Positions 1 through 9,158 of a DNA stretch of 64,000 nt are shown here, one piece after another (position 1 is the first letter of the stretch; every line of letters starts with the position of its first letter). The stretch is from the NCBI GenBank assembly GCA_051866635.1, contig JBJDXJ010000001.1:1-64000 (forward strand), read 5' to 3'. A model generated the notes under the pieces. It saw nothing but the letters and a program-made list of their open reading frames with translations. It did no database searches and was not told where the DNA came from. The position numbers and the translations under genes are program-made. Source of the DNA: Clostridia bacterium (GTDB lineage: Bacteria; Bacillota; Clostridia; UMGS1883).

Positions 1-1383
1 ATCAAGAGATTTGCCGATGTAATTCTGCATGGTTTTACCAAGGTCACTTATATCAAAGCCCATTTCACCGTCCATAACCAATTCGCCGTCAACATACATT
101 CTCGCATAACCCTCTGATATAACAACGGCTACAGTAACCTTTTCATTCTTTCTCACACCCGGAAGGGATGCGATTATATTTTCACCTTCTGTATTTGTTT
201 TTGTTGCCGCAAATTTTAAAAGATTTGTGCCAAGCGTTGAGGGATTAAGGAATATATACCCTGTTTCGGTACCATTGCCGAACCCGTAAAGAAACACATT
301 CTTCTGTGCATCATTTGGTGTAAACGTGGTGACAATGGTAATTTCATCATGACCGTAAAGGACACCCTCGGGTATTTTTACAAAATCGTCCTTACCGTCA
401 AATACACCGCCGTTTTCACCGATTTCCATATTTCCGTAAGATGCACCGTGGTTTCCGTTGCCTGATACATCACGAATGATTTCTCCATCATTTTCATCAA
501 ATTTGTAGGAAAGCAAAACCTTTTCATTAACAATAACAGGCTTTTTCAAAACCCTAACTTCAAACACACCTAAAACATAGGTATCAATACTTGCCGTAAG
601 AGTAACAACCTTATCCTCATCTTGGCGTGTGACCTTGCCTGTAGTGTCAATTACCCTTTCGTCACTACTTGTCCAGGTAACAGATTTCGATGCAATTTTT
701 TTAACAAGCTCAATATCAGATATTACTTCACAGGGGAGCTTTATAAAGTTTTCAAAGTCAACATACTTTTCATATTCACTCATAACCTCACTCTCTGTAA
801 GAGCGTTGTCAAAAACCTTTACATTATCAACCACGCCGCTGAAAGCATCGGCACTCCAGTATGTGGTTCCAAGATACAAGTTGCCTTCGCCTGCTTCAAC
901 ACTGCCGCTTCCTACAATTTCACCGTTTACGTACAAGGTTCCCACGCCATTGTTTTCAACATATGCAACATGGCTCCACTCACCAAGGTTTTCACTGCCC
1001 GATGCAATTGTTTCCCATCTGTGATTTTCTCCGTGGGTCCAAAGGGCAGGTTTCATTTTGTCAGATATAACACCCGTCCATTTATTGCCCTCGTTATCCA
1101 TATCCTTAAAGAAAATGGTATTTGTTCCGCCATTTGACGTGGCTTTTACCATTGCAGACACTGAAAAAGTATCTTTAACTTCGCCTAACTTAACGCCATA
1201 TGTTCCGTCAAGCACTAAAACGCCATCTGAAACTTTTGCCTCGGCACCATTTTTAAGGGTGTTTGTAACAGTGTCAAGGCTTTCATTTTGGTCAAATACA
1301 AAGCTGTTTATCTCTGTCGCCATTGTAGGAAGGGATAAATTGAAAACACAAACAGCAATAATCATACTTAAAAGCTTTTTCAT
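1..1383 (-). CDS. Secreted LamG/laminin-G-like jelly-roll and Ig-like domain protein, probably a CAZyme; runs off the left edge of the window
   Basis: Not in ORF track. Translated by hand from ATG 1383 (RBS GGAGGG): signal peptide MKKLLSMIIAVCVFNLSLPTMA, LamG motifs WSHVAYV..GTLYVNGE and YKFDE..DVSGNGNHG..FDGKDDFVKIP, Ig motif VTWTSSDERVIDTTGKVTR. Confidence 0.8.
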   Translation of the reverse strand, partial: MKKLLSMIIAVCVFNLSLPTMATEINSFVFDQNESLDTVTNTLKNGAEAKVSDGVLVLDGTYGVKLGEVKDTFSVSAMVKATSNGGTNTIFFKDMDNEGNKWTGVISDKMKPALWTHGENHRWETIASGSENLGEWSHVAYVENNGVGTLYVNGEIVGSGSVEAGEGNLYLGTTYWSADAFSGVVDNVKVFDNALTESEVMSEYEKYVDFENFIKLPCEVISDIELVKKIASKSVTWTSSDERVIDTTGKVTRQDEDKVVTLTASIDTYVLGVFEVRVLKKPVIVNEKVLLSYKFDENDGEIIRDVSGNGNHGASYGNMEIGENGGVFDGKDDFVKIPEGVLYGHDEITIVTTFTPNDAQKNVFLYGFGNGTETGYIFLNPSTLGTNLLKFAATKTNTEGENIIASLPGVRKNEKVTVAVVISEGYARMYVDGELVMDGEMGFDISDLGKTMQNYIGKSLD

Positions 1384-1395
1384 GTGATCCCCTCC

Positions 1396-3063
1396 TTAAA
1401 ATTCAACATCTGCTTTAAATGAGCCAAGTACAACAGTATATACACCTTTTTCTTTCGGTGTATATGCGTAGTCAATCTTCCTTGTATCATCTGTTTGCAC
1501 AAATCTGAAATCTACAATATCTCCCTTTGAATTTTTTATATACAAAAGTATGGTAGCCTTTTCGCCTGTATAGACACCATTAAGTTTTATGCTTTCACCA
1601 TCGGCAAACACATCTATAATATAGGGGTTATCAATATCTGTTACAACAAAGGTTGCACTTTCCTTGTTTTCACCCTTTGTCAAAATAAGCCTGTTATCTG
1701 AAACTGTCAAATATTTACCACGCTCTGACAAGCTTTCGTAGCTTACACCATAGCCGGCCAAGCCTTCATGCTCAATAAAGGTCATACTTCTTTTAGTTTC
1801 ATCCGTTGCATCATTATCGTGCAACAGCTTAATATGGGAATTGTAATTTGTGATAAAATAACCCATCTTATTTACCGACTGAATAGAAACATGGGTTTCA
1901 TCACCACGACCCGGAACAATTTCCCACTCAAAGTCTGCCTTGTTTGCAGTAAACTTATCACAGTACACAAGACTTCCTGAAGGATATGCCGTAGAATCGG
2001 TGGTGTTTGAAAAATACCCGTGATAGAGTTTTTCGCCCGGTTTATTTAAAGAAGAAATATAAACCTTTCTGCCGTCTATTCCTACACTGCTTTCATAGAA
2101 AAGGTCAATAGAACCGTCAGGATTAAACTTCAATTCATCAACGCAAACGCTTCTTCTGTAACCGCTACCGTTTTCCATAGCACCTGTGTGATAAAAAATA
2201 TATGTTTTGCCCTTAAAATCAATAACGGCAGGATGGTTTGTGTTACTTGAGCTACCCGCTTCCATAATCTTACCGCCGTATGTATAGGGACCTGTCACAG
2301 AACTACTTGTTGCATAAGACAATTCTTCATGCCAGTTATTTGCAAAGAAAAGATAATACAAGTCCCCTCTTTTGTAAATCCAGGGTGCTTCGGTATATGT
2401 TGTACCTTCGGGCATATTTTCAATAAAAAGTTCTGTAATATCGCCGCCATCAACCCATCCGTCACCATTTAAGTCCACAAGACTGTTCATTTCTTCGTTA
2501 AGTTCTGCAATGTAAAGGTTAGAGTTACCCCAAGCGATATATCGGTGTTCAACACCCTTTTCATCATTTTCTATCCATACAGTGGGATCAATATCGTCCC
2601 AGCCAACCTTACCCTTTGTCCAAGAAGGCTGAACGAGCTTATTTCCATTCAAATGGTCCTTGTAAGGGCCTGTAATACTGTCACTTACACCAACAGAAAT
2701 ACCTGTCCCGTTTTTGCACATAAAGAAGTAATATTTGCCATTGTAATACTCAACCTCACCTGCCCATGCGTCTGAGGCTTTCCCCCATGAAAAGTCGCTT
2801 GCCTTCATTGGCACGCCTTCATATTTCCAGTTTACCATATCCTTTGATGAATAGCAGAGCCACTGGGGCATGTAATAGTAATTTGTTGTGGAAGTGTCAT
2901 TACCGCAGAAAAGATACACCGTATCATCCACGACAATTGCCGCAGGGTCACCGGCATAAACACGGCTATTTTTGTCATCTTCCTTTACAATAGGATTGTT
3001 TGCACTTACGTTAATTCCCAAAAGCATCATAAATACAAGTACAACAGCTAAAACTCTTTTCAT
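1396..3063 (-). CDS. Secreted GH43 glycoside hydrolase (arabinofuranosidase/xylosidase-like) with an AbfB/CBM42 domain and a C-terminal Ig-like module
   Basis: Signal peptide; GH43 motifs AGDPAA, AWAG, DIDPTV, TEAPW, TNHP; AbfB-like WEIVPG..VSIQSVN..GLAGYGVSYES. Confidence 0.85.
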   Translation of the reverse strand: MKRVLAVVLVFMMLLGINVSANNPIVKEDDKNSRVYAGDPAAIVVDDTVYLFCGNDTSTTNYYYMPQWLCYSSKDMVNWKYEGVPMKASDFSWGKASDAWAGEVEYYNGKYYFFMCKNGTGISVGVSDSITGPYKDHLNGNKLVQPSWTKGKVGWDDIDPTVWIENDEKGVEHRYIAWGNSNLYIAELNEEMNSLVDLNGDGWVDGGDITELFIENMPEGTTYTEAPWIYKRGDLYYLFFANNWHEELSYATSSSVTGPYTYGGKIMEAGSSSNTNHPAVIDFKGKTYIFYHTGAMENGSGYRRSVCVDELKFNPDGSIDLFYESSVGIDGRKVYISSLNKPGEKLYHGYFSNTTDSTAYPSGSLVYCDKFTANKADFEWEIVPGRGDETHVSIQSVNKMGYFITNYNSHIKLLHDNDATDETKRSMTFIEHEGLAGYGVSYESLSERGKYLTVSDNRLILTKGENKESATFVVTDIDNPYIIDVFADGESIKLNGVYTGEKATILLYIKNSKGDIVDFRFVQTDDTRKIDYAYTPKEKGVYTVVLGSFKADVEF

Positions 3064-3491
3064 TTTCTTTCTCCTCTGAAATGCTTTTTTATATATTGTT
3101 TAAGGTGTATTATAAACCTTCTTAAAGGCAATGTGTGAAGATATACAAATCCCCCCATTTTCTTTTTGCCGCGAACACTTGTTACAATAGCAAAAATCTG
3201 ATTGTCGCGAACCTTCTCTATCCACCACTGATTGTCACCGCACACACCGAAACAATCTGGCAAAATTTTCACAATGCGGTGCATTACGTACTTCCCATCA
3301 GACCGCTGATAAAAGACAATGTCGTACTTTTTTCCGCCGCCTTTATATTCTTCGATTGTAACAGTGTCGCAGCCACCTTTTATAAAAGGGTACATGCTAA
3401 CCCCATTAGGTGTAAAATCAAAACTTAATCCTTTTTCAAAAGCATCGTTAATAAAAGGGCGTATTTCATCAATTTTTGTCTTTTTTGCCAT
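3060..3491 (-). CDS. S24/S26 family serine peptidase
   Basis: GVSMYP (catalytic Ser), YVMHRI (His), GDN motif; ATGA overlap with the GH43 start. Confidence 0.8.
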   Translation of the reverse strand: MAKKTKIDEIRPFINDAFEKGLSFDFTPNGVSMYPFIKGGCDTVTIEEYKGGGKKYDIVFYQRSDGKYVMHRIVKILPDCFGVCGDNQWWIEKVRDNQIFAIVTSVRGKKKMGGFVYLHTLPLRRFIIHLKQYIKKHFRGERK

Positions 3492-3551
3492 AATAATTCA
3501 CATAGCCTTTCTGCCACAAATAGTAATGAAAATTCGTTTTTACGTTCTTTT

Positions 3552-3715
3552 TGTGGCGGACAAGGCGTATAATGTGAATTGTGTCCATGTGCGTTTTCCG
3601 AGCCTACGAGGAAATTCTCGCACGGACAATCAAATCCGCCACAGGTTTTTAACGTGAAACTTTCACGTTAAAAACCTCACATCATGATAGTTTTATTTTA
3701 TCACGATGTGAGGTT
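3552..3715. repeat. Cluster of nested and adjacent inverted repeats (REP/MITE-like element plus terminator-like hairpins)
   Basis: TGTGGCGGA 3552-3560 / TCCGCCACA 3635-3643 enclose an inner stem; perfect 17-bp palindrome 3643-3677; third hairpin 3673-3715. Confidence 0.65.
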
Positions 3716-3739
3716 AAAGTCAATGATACGGGAATATAT

Positions 3740-4564
3740 CTATTTTTTTATAAAGTTAAGACTGCTTTCGCTTTCGTAGCCTACAAGCTCGGCTGCTTTT
3801 GATAAGGGTACACCTTCATTTAAAAGTTCTTTCGCCCGCCGCCCACGTGCCTCTGTTCTTAATTGGATAAAGGTTTTTCCGTAAGCCTTTTTTAAGAACC
3901 GCTGTGTTTGCCTGGGACTTAAGTTAAGTCTTTCGCTTAACTCCTTCAGCGTTACGGTGGAATAATTATACAAAAAAATTTCGTCGGCTATAATCATACG
4001 CTTGTCGTCAGGGGTAATGGCTGAATACTCTCCCACCTGTTCCATCCCTGCATAATTTCTTGACAGTGATATCATTATCTGGAAAGAAAGATTTATCACA
4101 CTTTGAATATACCCGATTCTTTTATTTTCGGATTCTTCTGTCAGCATTTCAAAAATGCGTTTCATATTTTGGCTGTCTTCCCCAATCCAGAACACAGTTT
4201 CTTTTAAAAAGGTTGCAGTTTTTCCCCGTACTTTGCCTTTTGTTTCAGTAATTTCAAACTGTATACAGTATTCATCCATGGGGTCTGAAAAATCGGTAAT
4301 CTGTTCATGCTCAATTAATGGTCCCGTCATATAAAGGGTTCCGCCTTTTAAGGGATAATGCACACCGTTCGCAATTAATGTTCCGCTTCCGCCTGTTACA
4401 AGATGTGCTTCATAAAACCTGTTTCCGTGCCTGTGCCTTGGAAATGGTTTATAGAACACGCCGTAATTTATATGTACAACTTTAATTTTAAGGTTATCCA
4501 GCTGGAATTTTATGTTAGCCTCTGAAATATTGAGCATATTACTCACCCCGGCTTTATTATACAT
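3740..4564 (-). CDS. AraC family transcriptional regulator with an N-terminal cupin domain
   Basis: HRHGNRFYEAHLVTGGSG cupin motif; TLKELSERLNLSPRQTQRFLKKAYGKTF HTH; true start probably 4537. Confidence 0.85.
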   Translation of the reverse strand: MYNKAGVSNMLNISEANIKFQLDNLKIKVVHINYGVFYKPFPRHRHGNRFYEAHLVTGGSGTLIANGVHYPLKGGTLYMTGPLIEHEQITDFSDPMDEYCIQFEITETKGKVRGKTATFLKETVFWIGEDSQNMKRIFEMLTEESENKRIGYIQSVINLSFQIMISLSRNYAGMEQVGEYSAITPDDKRMIIADEIFLYNYSTVTLKELSERLNLSPRQTQRFLKKAYGKTFIQLRTEARGRRAKELLNEGVPLSKAAELVGYESESSLNFIKK

Positions 4565-4589
4565 GAACTTTTAAAACTAGTCCATATAT

Positions 4590-7500
4590 TTATGCTGAGA
4601 TTTTGTCGGAAACGGGGACCATATTATCCAGCCATATAAAAACCTTGAAAGCTCCTTTATTTTTAGTTGTAACATTAAATTCCGAAGGCGTGTTTTCTTC
4701 CAGGTCTATATCCGTTGTAACAACTTCAAGAAGTTTTCCTTCACTGTCATAAACGGCTGTTATAATGTTAAAGACTCCCGTTTTATTACTTTCGGCTTTC
4801 ACTGTTATCTTATTATCCTCACGCTTTACAATTTCCGCATTAACGTTGGCATGGACAGAATAAAATTCGATATCGGAAAGTATAAGTTTATTTCCCCCGT
4901 TTGATGCCCATCCTATGTAGCTGTTTTTCTCTTTTCGTATATAGCGGATATACTTATAAGCCTTTGGCTGAGCTATGTTTATAACAATCTCGCTTTGATT
5001 ATCCATTCCGTCAGGCTTTTTATTCATTGTATATATAGTTTCCCAATTATCGCCGTCCAAAGAACCCTCCAGCACACATCCCACAGCATATGCGTGGTCG
5101 CCCCAGTATGTTGTGTTGCCGCCTAATGTAATCTTTTGTTTCTTAACTATTATTTTACTGATAGCTTCCGTGCCGCCAAACTCGAATTGAACATACTGAT
5201 TTGCATACTCGCTTTCCGTTTGGTTTTCAATTTTGAAAGCGGTATTTATATCACCGTCTGTAGCATATTCACCGTTTGAGCCGCCTTTTGCCGTAACAGA
5301 GGGAGAAAGTTTTTTTATAAAGCTCTCTCCGCCTGTGTAGAAAGCAACATCGTCAACAGCTAAGCTGATATTAGAGCCGTTATTTACGCTGTCAAAGTAA
5401 ATAATATAGTATTTATATTTTTCACCCTTTGTATCTATTTCACAACGTGCAGGAATATATGCACTTGTTGCCGTGACGGATTTAATTTCACCTACTAAAA
5501 CGGCATTTGTAACATTTGCACCTACAGATTCATTTGATGCATAAATTTTGGCACCGTTAATTCTGTTTGCAAAAGCACCCTCACCGTCTGCACCGGTAAA
5601 ACGACCTGTTACATAAAGAAGGTCAATGGCTTGTTCTTTCTCCAATTCAACCTGAATGTATTTTACGGCTTTATCATCCTTTGATGAATAAGCATTGCCT
5701 GCAATGCCGTCAAAGGCATTTTCAACTTTCCATGAACTGTTGTATCCCTCATCTGCCGCAGTTACGTTTATAACCTCTGCTTTTACTGCATCTTTCGCAT
5801 TATCCGTTACACGAACAGAAACCTTTTGTGTAAAGCCGTTATCCGTTGTAACACTTACAGCGAAGCTACCCGGTGCATATGCCGTGAGGGTACCGTTTGA
5901 AAGAACAACACCGCTTCCTATACTGTCGGTGGACCACACATAAGAGGCACTTGCACCTTCAGGTTCAATTTTTACTCCAAGCTGAACACTGTCACCGCTT
6001 CTTAAAGTTATATCCTCTGCTAATTCGCCGTTTACTGTAATTGAAATGCTGTCAGGTGCTATAATCACATCTTTAAGCTCTGTGAGCCTTGTCAAGGTAA
6101 ATTCATTACCACTCCAAAGCTGATTTCTATCGCCGGTATAGCTTTTCTGTACAAGTGTACCGTTTTCGTTTGTGAGGTACCTGCCTGTTTTGCAGCTTTG
6201 AATTGTTATAAATCCCTCATCGGTATTTACCACATTCCAATAGGAGTTTTCACCAAGGTCTGCCCAAGTAACTTCTGACCCGTTTTCAATTCCTGTTACA
6301 GAAAGGTATAAGCCGTCCTTTTCGATTGTGTATGTACCGTCAGGATTATCTGAAAGGATAAACTTAACAGTTCCGGAATTATCCTTATTAAGGGTAACTT
6401 CAACGTAATTACCTATTCCGTCATGTTTTATTTCAAGCTCACTTCCGTTTAATTCAGCCTTTGTCCAAGCCTCACCGCAGGAAAGGCGGATTAAATTACC
6501 ATCCTCAGAAGAATTAAGCGTAACTTCTGCTTCTCCGTTGTCAATGTCCCATGTAAGTGAAGAAACCTCCGTCCTTGTACGTGCCATAAGTCCTTTAACA
6601 GTGCCCTTTGTCCAGTCTTTTGGAAGTGCCGGGATAATTTCAATCTGAGAGGTGTTTGAAAATACCAAGGCTTCGTTTACCGCACCTAAGGTGCCAAATG
6701 CTGTATCGGTACAGTATGTATCGTTTCGGCGGTTTGTATCGTGGTCTGTCATCATTGATGAATAATATGCTGTGCCGTTCATCATTTTTAAAAGGGATTT
6801 CATCATACCGTCACCACGCTTAAGGCGTGCTTCAACCAAAGCCTTGTGCATCCATCCGTGACCGGCAGTGGCATCACCTGTGTTAAACTTATTTCTGTTA
6901 TCAAGTGCTTTATTGGCGGCATCGTAAAGGTCAGGGTCGTTTTGTGTGTCATAAGAGGGCCATGCAACATACAAATGGCTCAAATGGCGGTGGTTATTAT
7001 TTTCAGTATATTCCTCCATAGCCCATTCACGGAGTGCACCGTCTGTGTCTGTTTTATAGTCGGAAATGTTATTTTTCAGGCTCTGCCATTTATTAACAGC
7101 TTCTTCCCAACCGTCTCTGCCTACAGCCTTTTCAATGGTACAAACCATATCCAAGCCGTCACGTGCTGCAGAAATGTCCATAGTCGCATTGGCGGTAATT
7201 GTGCTGTAGTAGCCCACAGGGCTGTTTTCAGGGGAGTATGTGGGAATTATGATGTACTTTTCGCCCTCTTTAAGTTCAGTTTTACCCTCGTCATGGCAAG
7301 CCTTTCCGTTCACATCAGTGTAATACCTTGGTGTTACAATCTGTTCCCAGAAGTTTGCCTGTTTTGTGAGTAAAGGCAACAGAATATCTTTTTCCAAATC
7401 AAGATATCCTCTTTTTCTTATTGCTTCAAATTCTTCGTCAGTAAGACCGCCGTCATTAACGCTAAGTACACCCTTTAGGTTGTCAATACGCATATAGTCG

Positions 7501-9158
7501 TTTATTGGTATCTGTCTATTGCCGTAGCACTGCCAGTATTCAAATATAGGCAGTAAGCACCAGCTTGCACCTGCGTTCCAGTATTCAAAGGGATATGAAT
7601 TGTCATATTCAACATGCATTGCTCTGTCAGCATCGGCGTTTACACTAATCTGGATTGCATCGTGCATACCGTATGCCATGGAGGCATTATACATAAAGTC
7701 GGGTGCATGGCGAAGGAAAAATGTGATATAGCCTTCCTGGAAATCACCGCCAAGATTACCTGTATTCATGGCAGAAACCTGTAAATTCACATTTGCATCA
7801 AGGGTGTAAATACTTCTCCATCCGGGATTCCACTCACCTGTCCACATACCGTAAAGTCTTGGTGCAGTAGTACCGCCGCAACAAATTTGTGCATACCTTG
7901 CCTGTTCATAAGCACGGCGCATAAATTCGTGGTTGATTGTTTTTGTGTTGCCCCTCTGTACACCGATAAGTGCATTATTGTCGTAAGATGAGTATTCTTC
8001 ATCGCCTGAAAGGTCAAAGGATACGCGGTTGAATTCTGCTTTCTGAATTTGGGCAGAAGGTGAAAGTGCATCGCTGTAATTAAACTTTCCGTCTACAGTG
8101 TACTTTTCGGCAACGCCTGTCACCTTTTCAAGCATACTGTCAAGCAACGTGTAGCTTGTCATGTTGATAAATGCGGTCATCACATCTCCTGTTTTGCCTG
8201 TCATTTCAAATGTTCTGTCGCTTACAGTGATAAGGTAAACATTTTCCGCATTTTTGATTTCAACAGCCGCATTGTCCCCTACCAGCATGGGGTCGTCTTT
8301 AGTGTTAACAACACGTGTTTTAGTAGCCTTTTCACCTTCGGCAATAATATATGTAACACCGCCGTAGCCGCCGTCGTAAAGCTCGCTGCCATCATAAACG
8401 GGGTAATGTGCAATTGATGCGATATAGCTTGCATCGGAGGGTACAATTTTTTTATACCGCTGTGCTTGAACTTTACTCATACCGTCCCATGCCTTGCACA
8501 TATCGTCAATATCGTCAATTGAAACAGTCATGTTAATAAGCTGATTCTGTGATGACTTTGTAATTTTTGTAACGGAAACGCCGTCTGTTCTTGATGTAAA
8601 GCTAACCCTCTTCCATGTACCGTACTTATCTTCAAACTGTACACCTGTTTCCGCTGTTTCGTAATTTGTCCAACGGATATAATCCTTTTCTATATCGGTA
8701 TAGCTGCTCTTTAAACGAAGCTGATGACCCGGGTGGTAAGAATAATAATATGTCCTGCTTCGTCTGTTGCCGTTTTCATCGCGTATAAGCCAGCCATCGT
8801 TAAGGTTAAATACGTTTTCTCTTGCTTCTTCCAGCTGACCTGTCAGATTTTTTGGAATTTCTCTCGGCTGAGAGGATGGATAGTTAAAATACATATGCTG
8901 AAAAATAAAGGAATCGTTATATGGCTCACCGCTTGTGATGTAGCCTATTTCGCCGTTACCCGACACCATTCCGTCACGCCACGCACGGCTTGATGAGTTC
9001 ACATAGCGGCTTAATACAGCGTTATAGCTTTGTACAAAGTTGCCTTTTTCATAAAGCGTTGTCACGTCTTCACTCTCCTCTGCCATTACAGGAGCAGTAC
9101 TAATCGTCATTATACTGCCCAGAACAACCGATATCAATCTTTTAATCTTCTTATTCAT
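4590..9158 (-). CDS. Secreted GH95-family glycosidase (alpha-L-fucosidase/alpha-L-galactosidase) with partial ricin-B, Ig-like and two F5/8-like modules
   Basis: W.DGMVSGNGEIG N-terminal motif, PTYSPEN, ATMD, LREW, HRHLSHLY, ILPALP-like IIPALPKDWTKGTVKGLMAR. Confidence 0.88.
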   Translation of the reverse strand: MNKKIKRLISVVLGSIMTISTAPVMAEESEDVTTLYEKGNFVQSYNAVLSRYVNSSSRAWRDGMVSGNGEIGYITSGEPYNDSFIFQHMYFNYPSSQPREIPKNLTGQLEEARENVFNLNDGWLIRDENGNRRSRTYYYSYHPGHQLRLKSSYTDIEKDYIRWTNYETAETGVQFEDKYGTWKRVSFTSRTDGVSVTKITKSSQNQLINMTVSIDDIDDMCKAWDGMSKVQAQRYKKIVPSDASYIASIAHYPVYDGSELYDGGYGGVTYIIAEGEKATKTRVVNTKDDPMLVGDNAAVEIKNAENVYLITVSDRTFEMTGKTGDVMTAFINMTSYTLLDSMLEKVTGVAEKYTVDGKFNYSDALSPSAQIQKAEFNRVSFDLSGDEEYSSYDNNALIGVQRGNTKTINHEFMRRAYEQARYAQICCGGTTAPRLYGMWTGEWNPGWRSIYTLDANVNLQVSAMNTGNLGGDFQEGYITFFLRHAPDFMYNASMAYGMHDAIQISVNADADRAMHVEYDNSYPFEYWNAGASWCLLPIFEYWQCYGNRQIPINDYMRIDNLKGVLSVNDGGLTDEEFEAIRKRGYLDLEKDILLPLLTKQANFWEQIVTPRYYTDVNGKACHDEGKTELKEGEKYIIIPTYSPENSPVGYYSTITANATMDISAARDGLDMVCTIEKAVGRDGWEEAVNKWQSLKNNISDYKTDTDGALREWAMEEYTENNNHRHLSHLYVAWPSYDTQNDPDLYDAANKALDNRNKFNTGDATAGHGWMHKALVEARLKRGDGMMKSLLKMMNGTAYYSSMMTDHDTNRRNDTYCTDTAFGTLGAVNEALVFSNTSQIEIIPALPKDWTKGTVKGLMARTRTEVSSLTWDIDNGEAEVTLNSSEDGNLIRLSCGEAWTKAELNGSELEIKHDGIGNYVEVTLNKDNSGTVKFILSDNPDGTYTIEKDGLYLSVTGIENGSEVTWADLGENSYWNVVNTDEGFITIQSCKTGRYLTNENGTLVQKSYTGDRNQLWSGNEFTLTRLTELKDVIIAPDSISITVNGELAEDITLRSGDSVQLGVKIEPEGASASYVWSTDSIGSGVVLSNGTLTAYAPGSFAVSVTTDNGFTQKVSVRVTDNAKDAVKAEVINVTAADEGYNSSWKVENAFDGIAGNAYSSKDDKAVKYIQVELEKEQAIDLLYVTGRFTGADGEGAFANRINGAKIYASNESVGANVTNAVLVGEIKSVTATSAYIPARCEIDTKGEKYKYYIIYFDSVNNGSNISLAVDDVAFYTGGESFIKKLSPSVTAKGGSNGEYATDGDINTAFKIENQTESEYANQYVQFEFGGTEAISKIIVKKQKITLGGNTTYWGDHAYAVGCVLEGSLDGDNWETIYTMNKKPDGMDNQSEIVINIAQPKAYKYIRYIRKEKNSYIGWASNGGNKLILSDIEFYSVHANVNAEIVKREDNKITVKAESNKTGVFNIITAVYDSEGKLLEVVTTDIDLEENTPSEFNVTTKNKGAFKVFIWLDNMVPVSDKISA
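4861..5305 (-). repeat. Module copy 1 (F5/8-like), closely similar to 10866-11310
   Basis: Peptide PSVTAKGGSNGEYA.DG...YWGDHAYAVGCVLEGS...GGNKLILSDIEFY occurs in both GH95 and GH78; the DNA is alignable throughout. Confidence 0.9.

Noticed and set aside
2440-2480. DLNGDGWVDGGD in GH43 considered as a dockerin
   Set aside because: A single EF-hand-like loop inside the catalytic propeller; dockerins need the duplicated motif in a separate domain.
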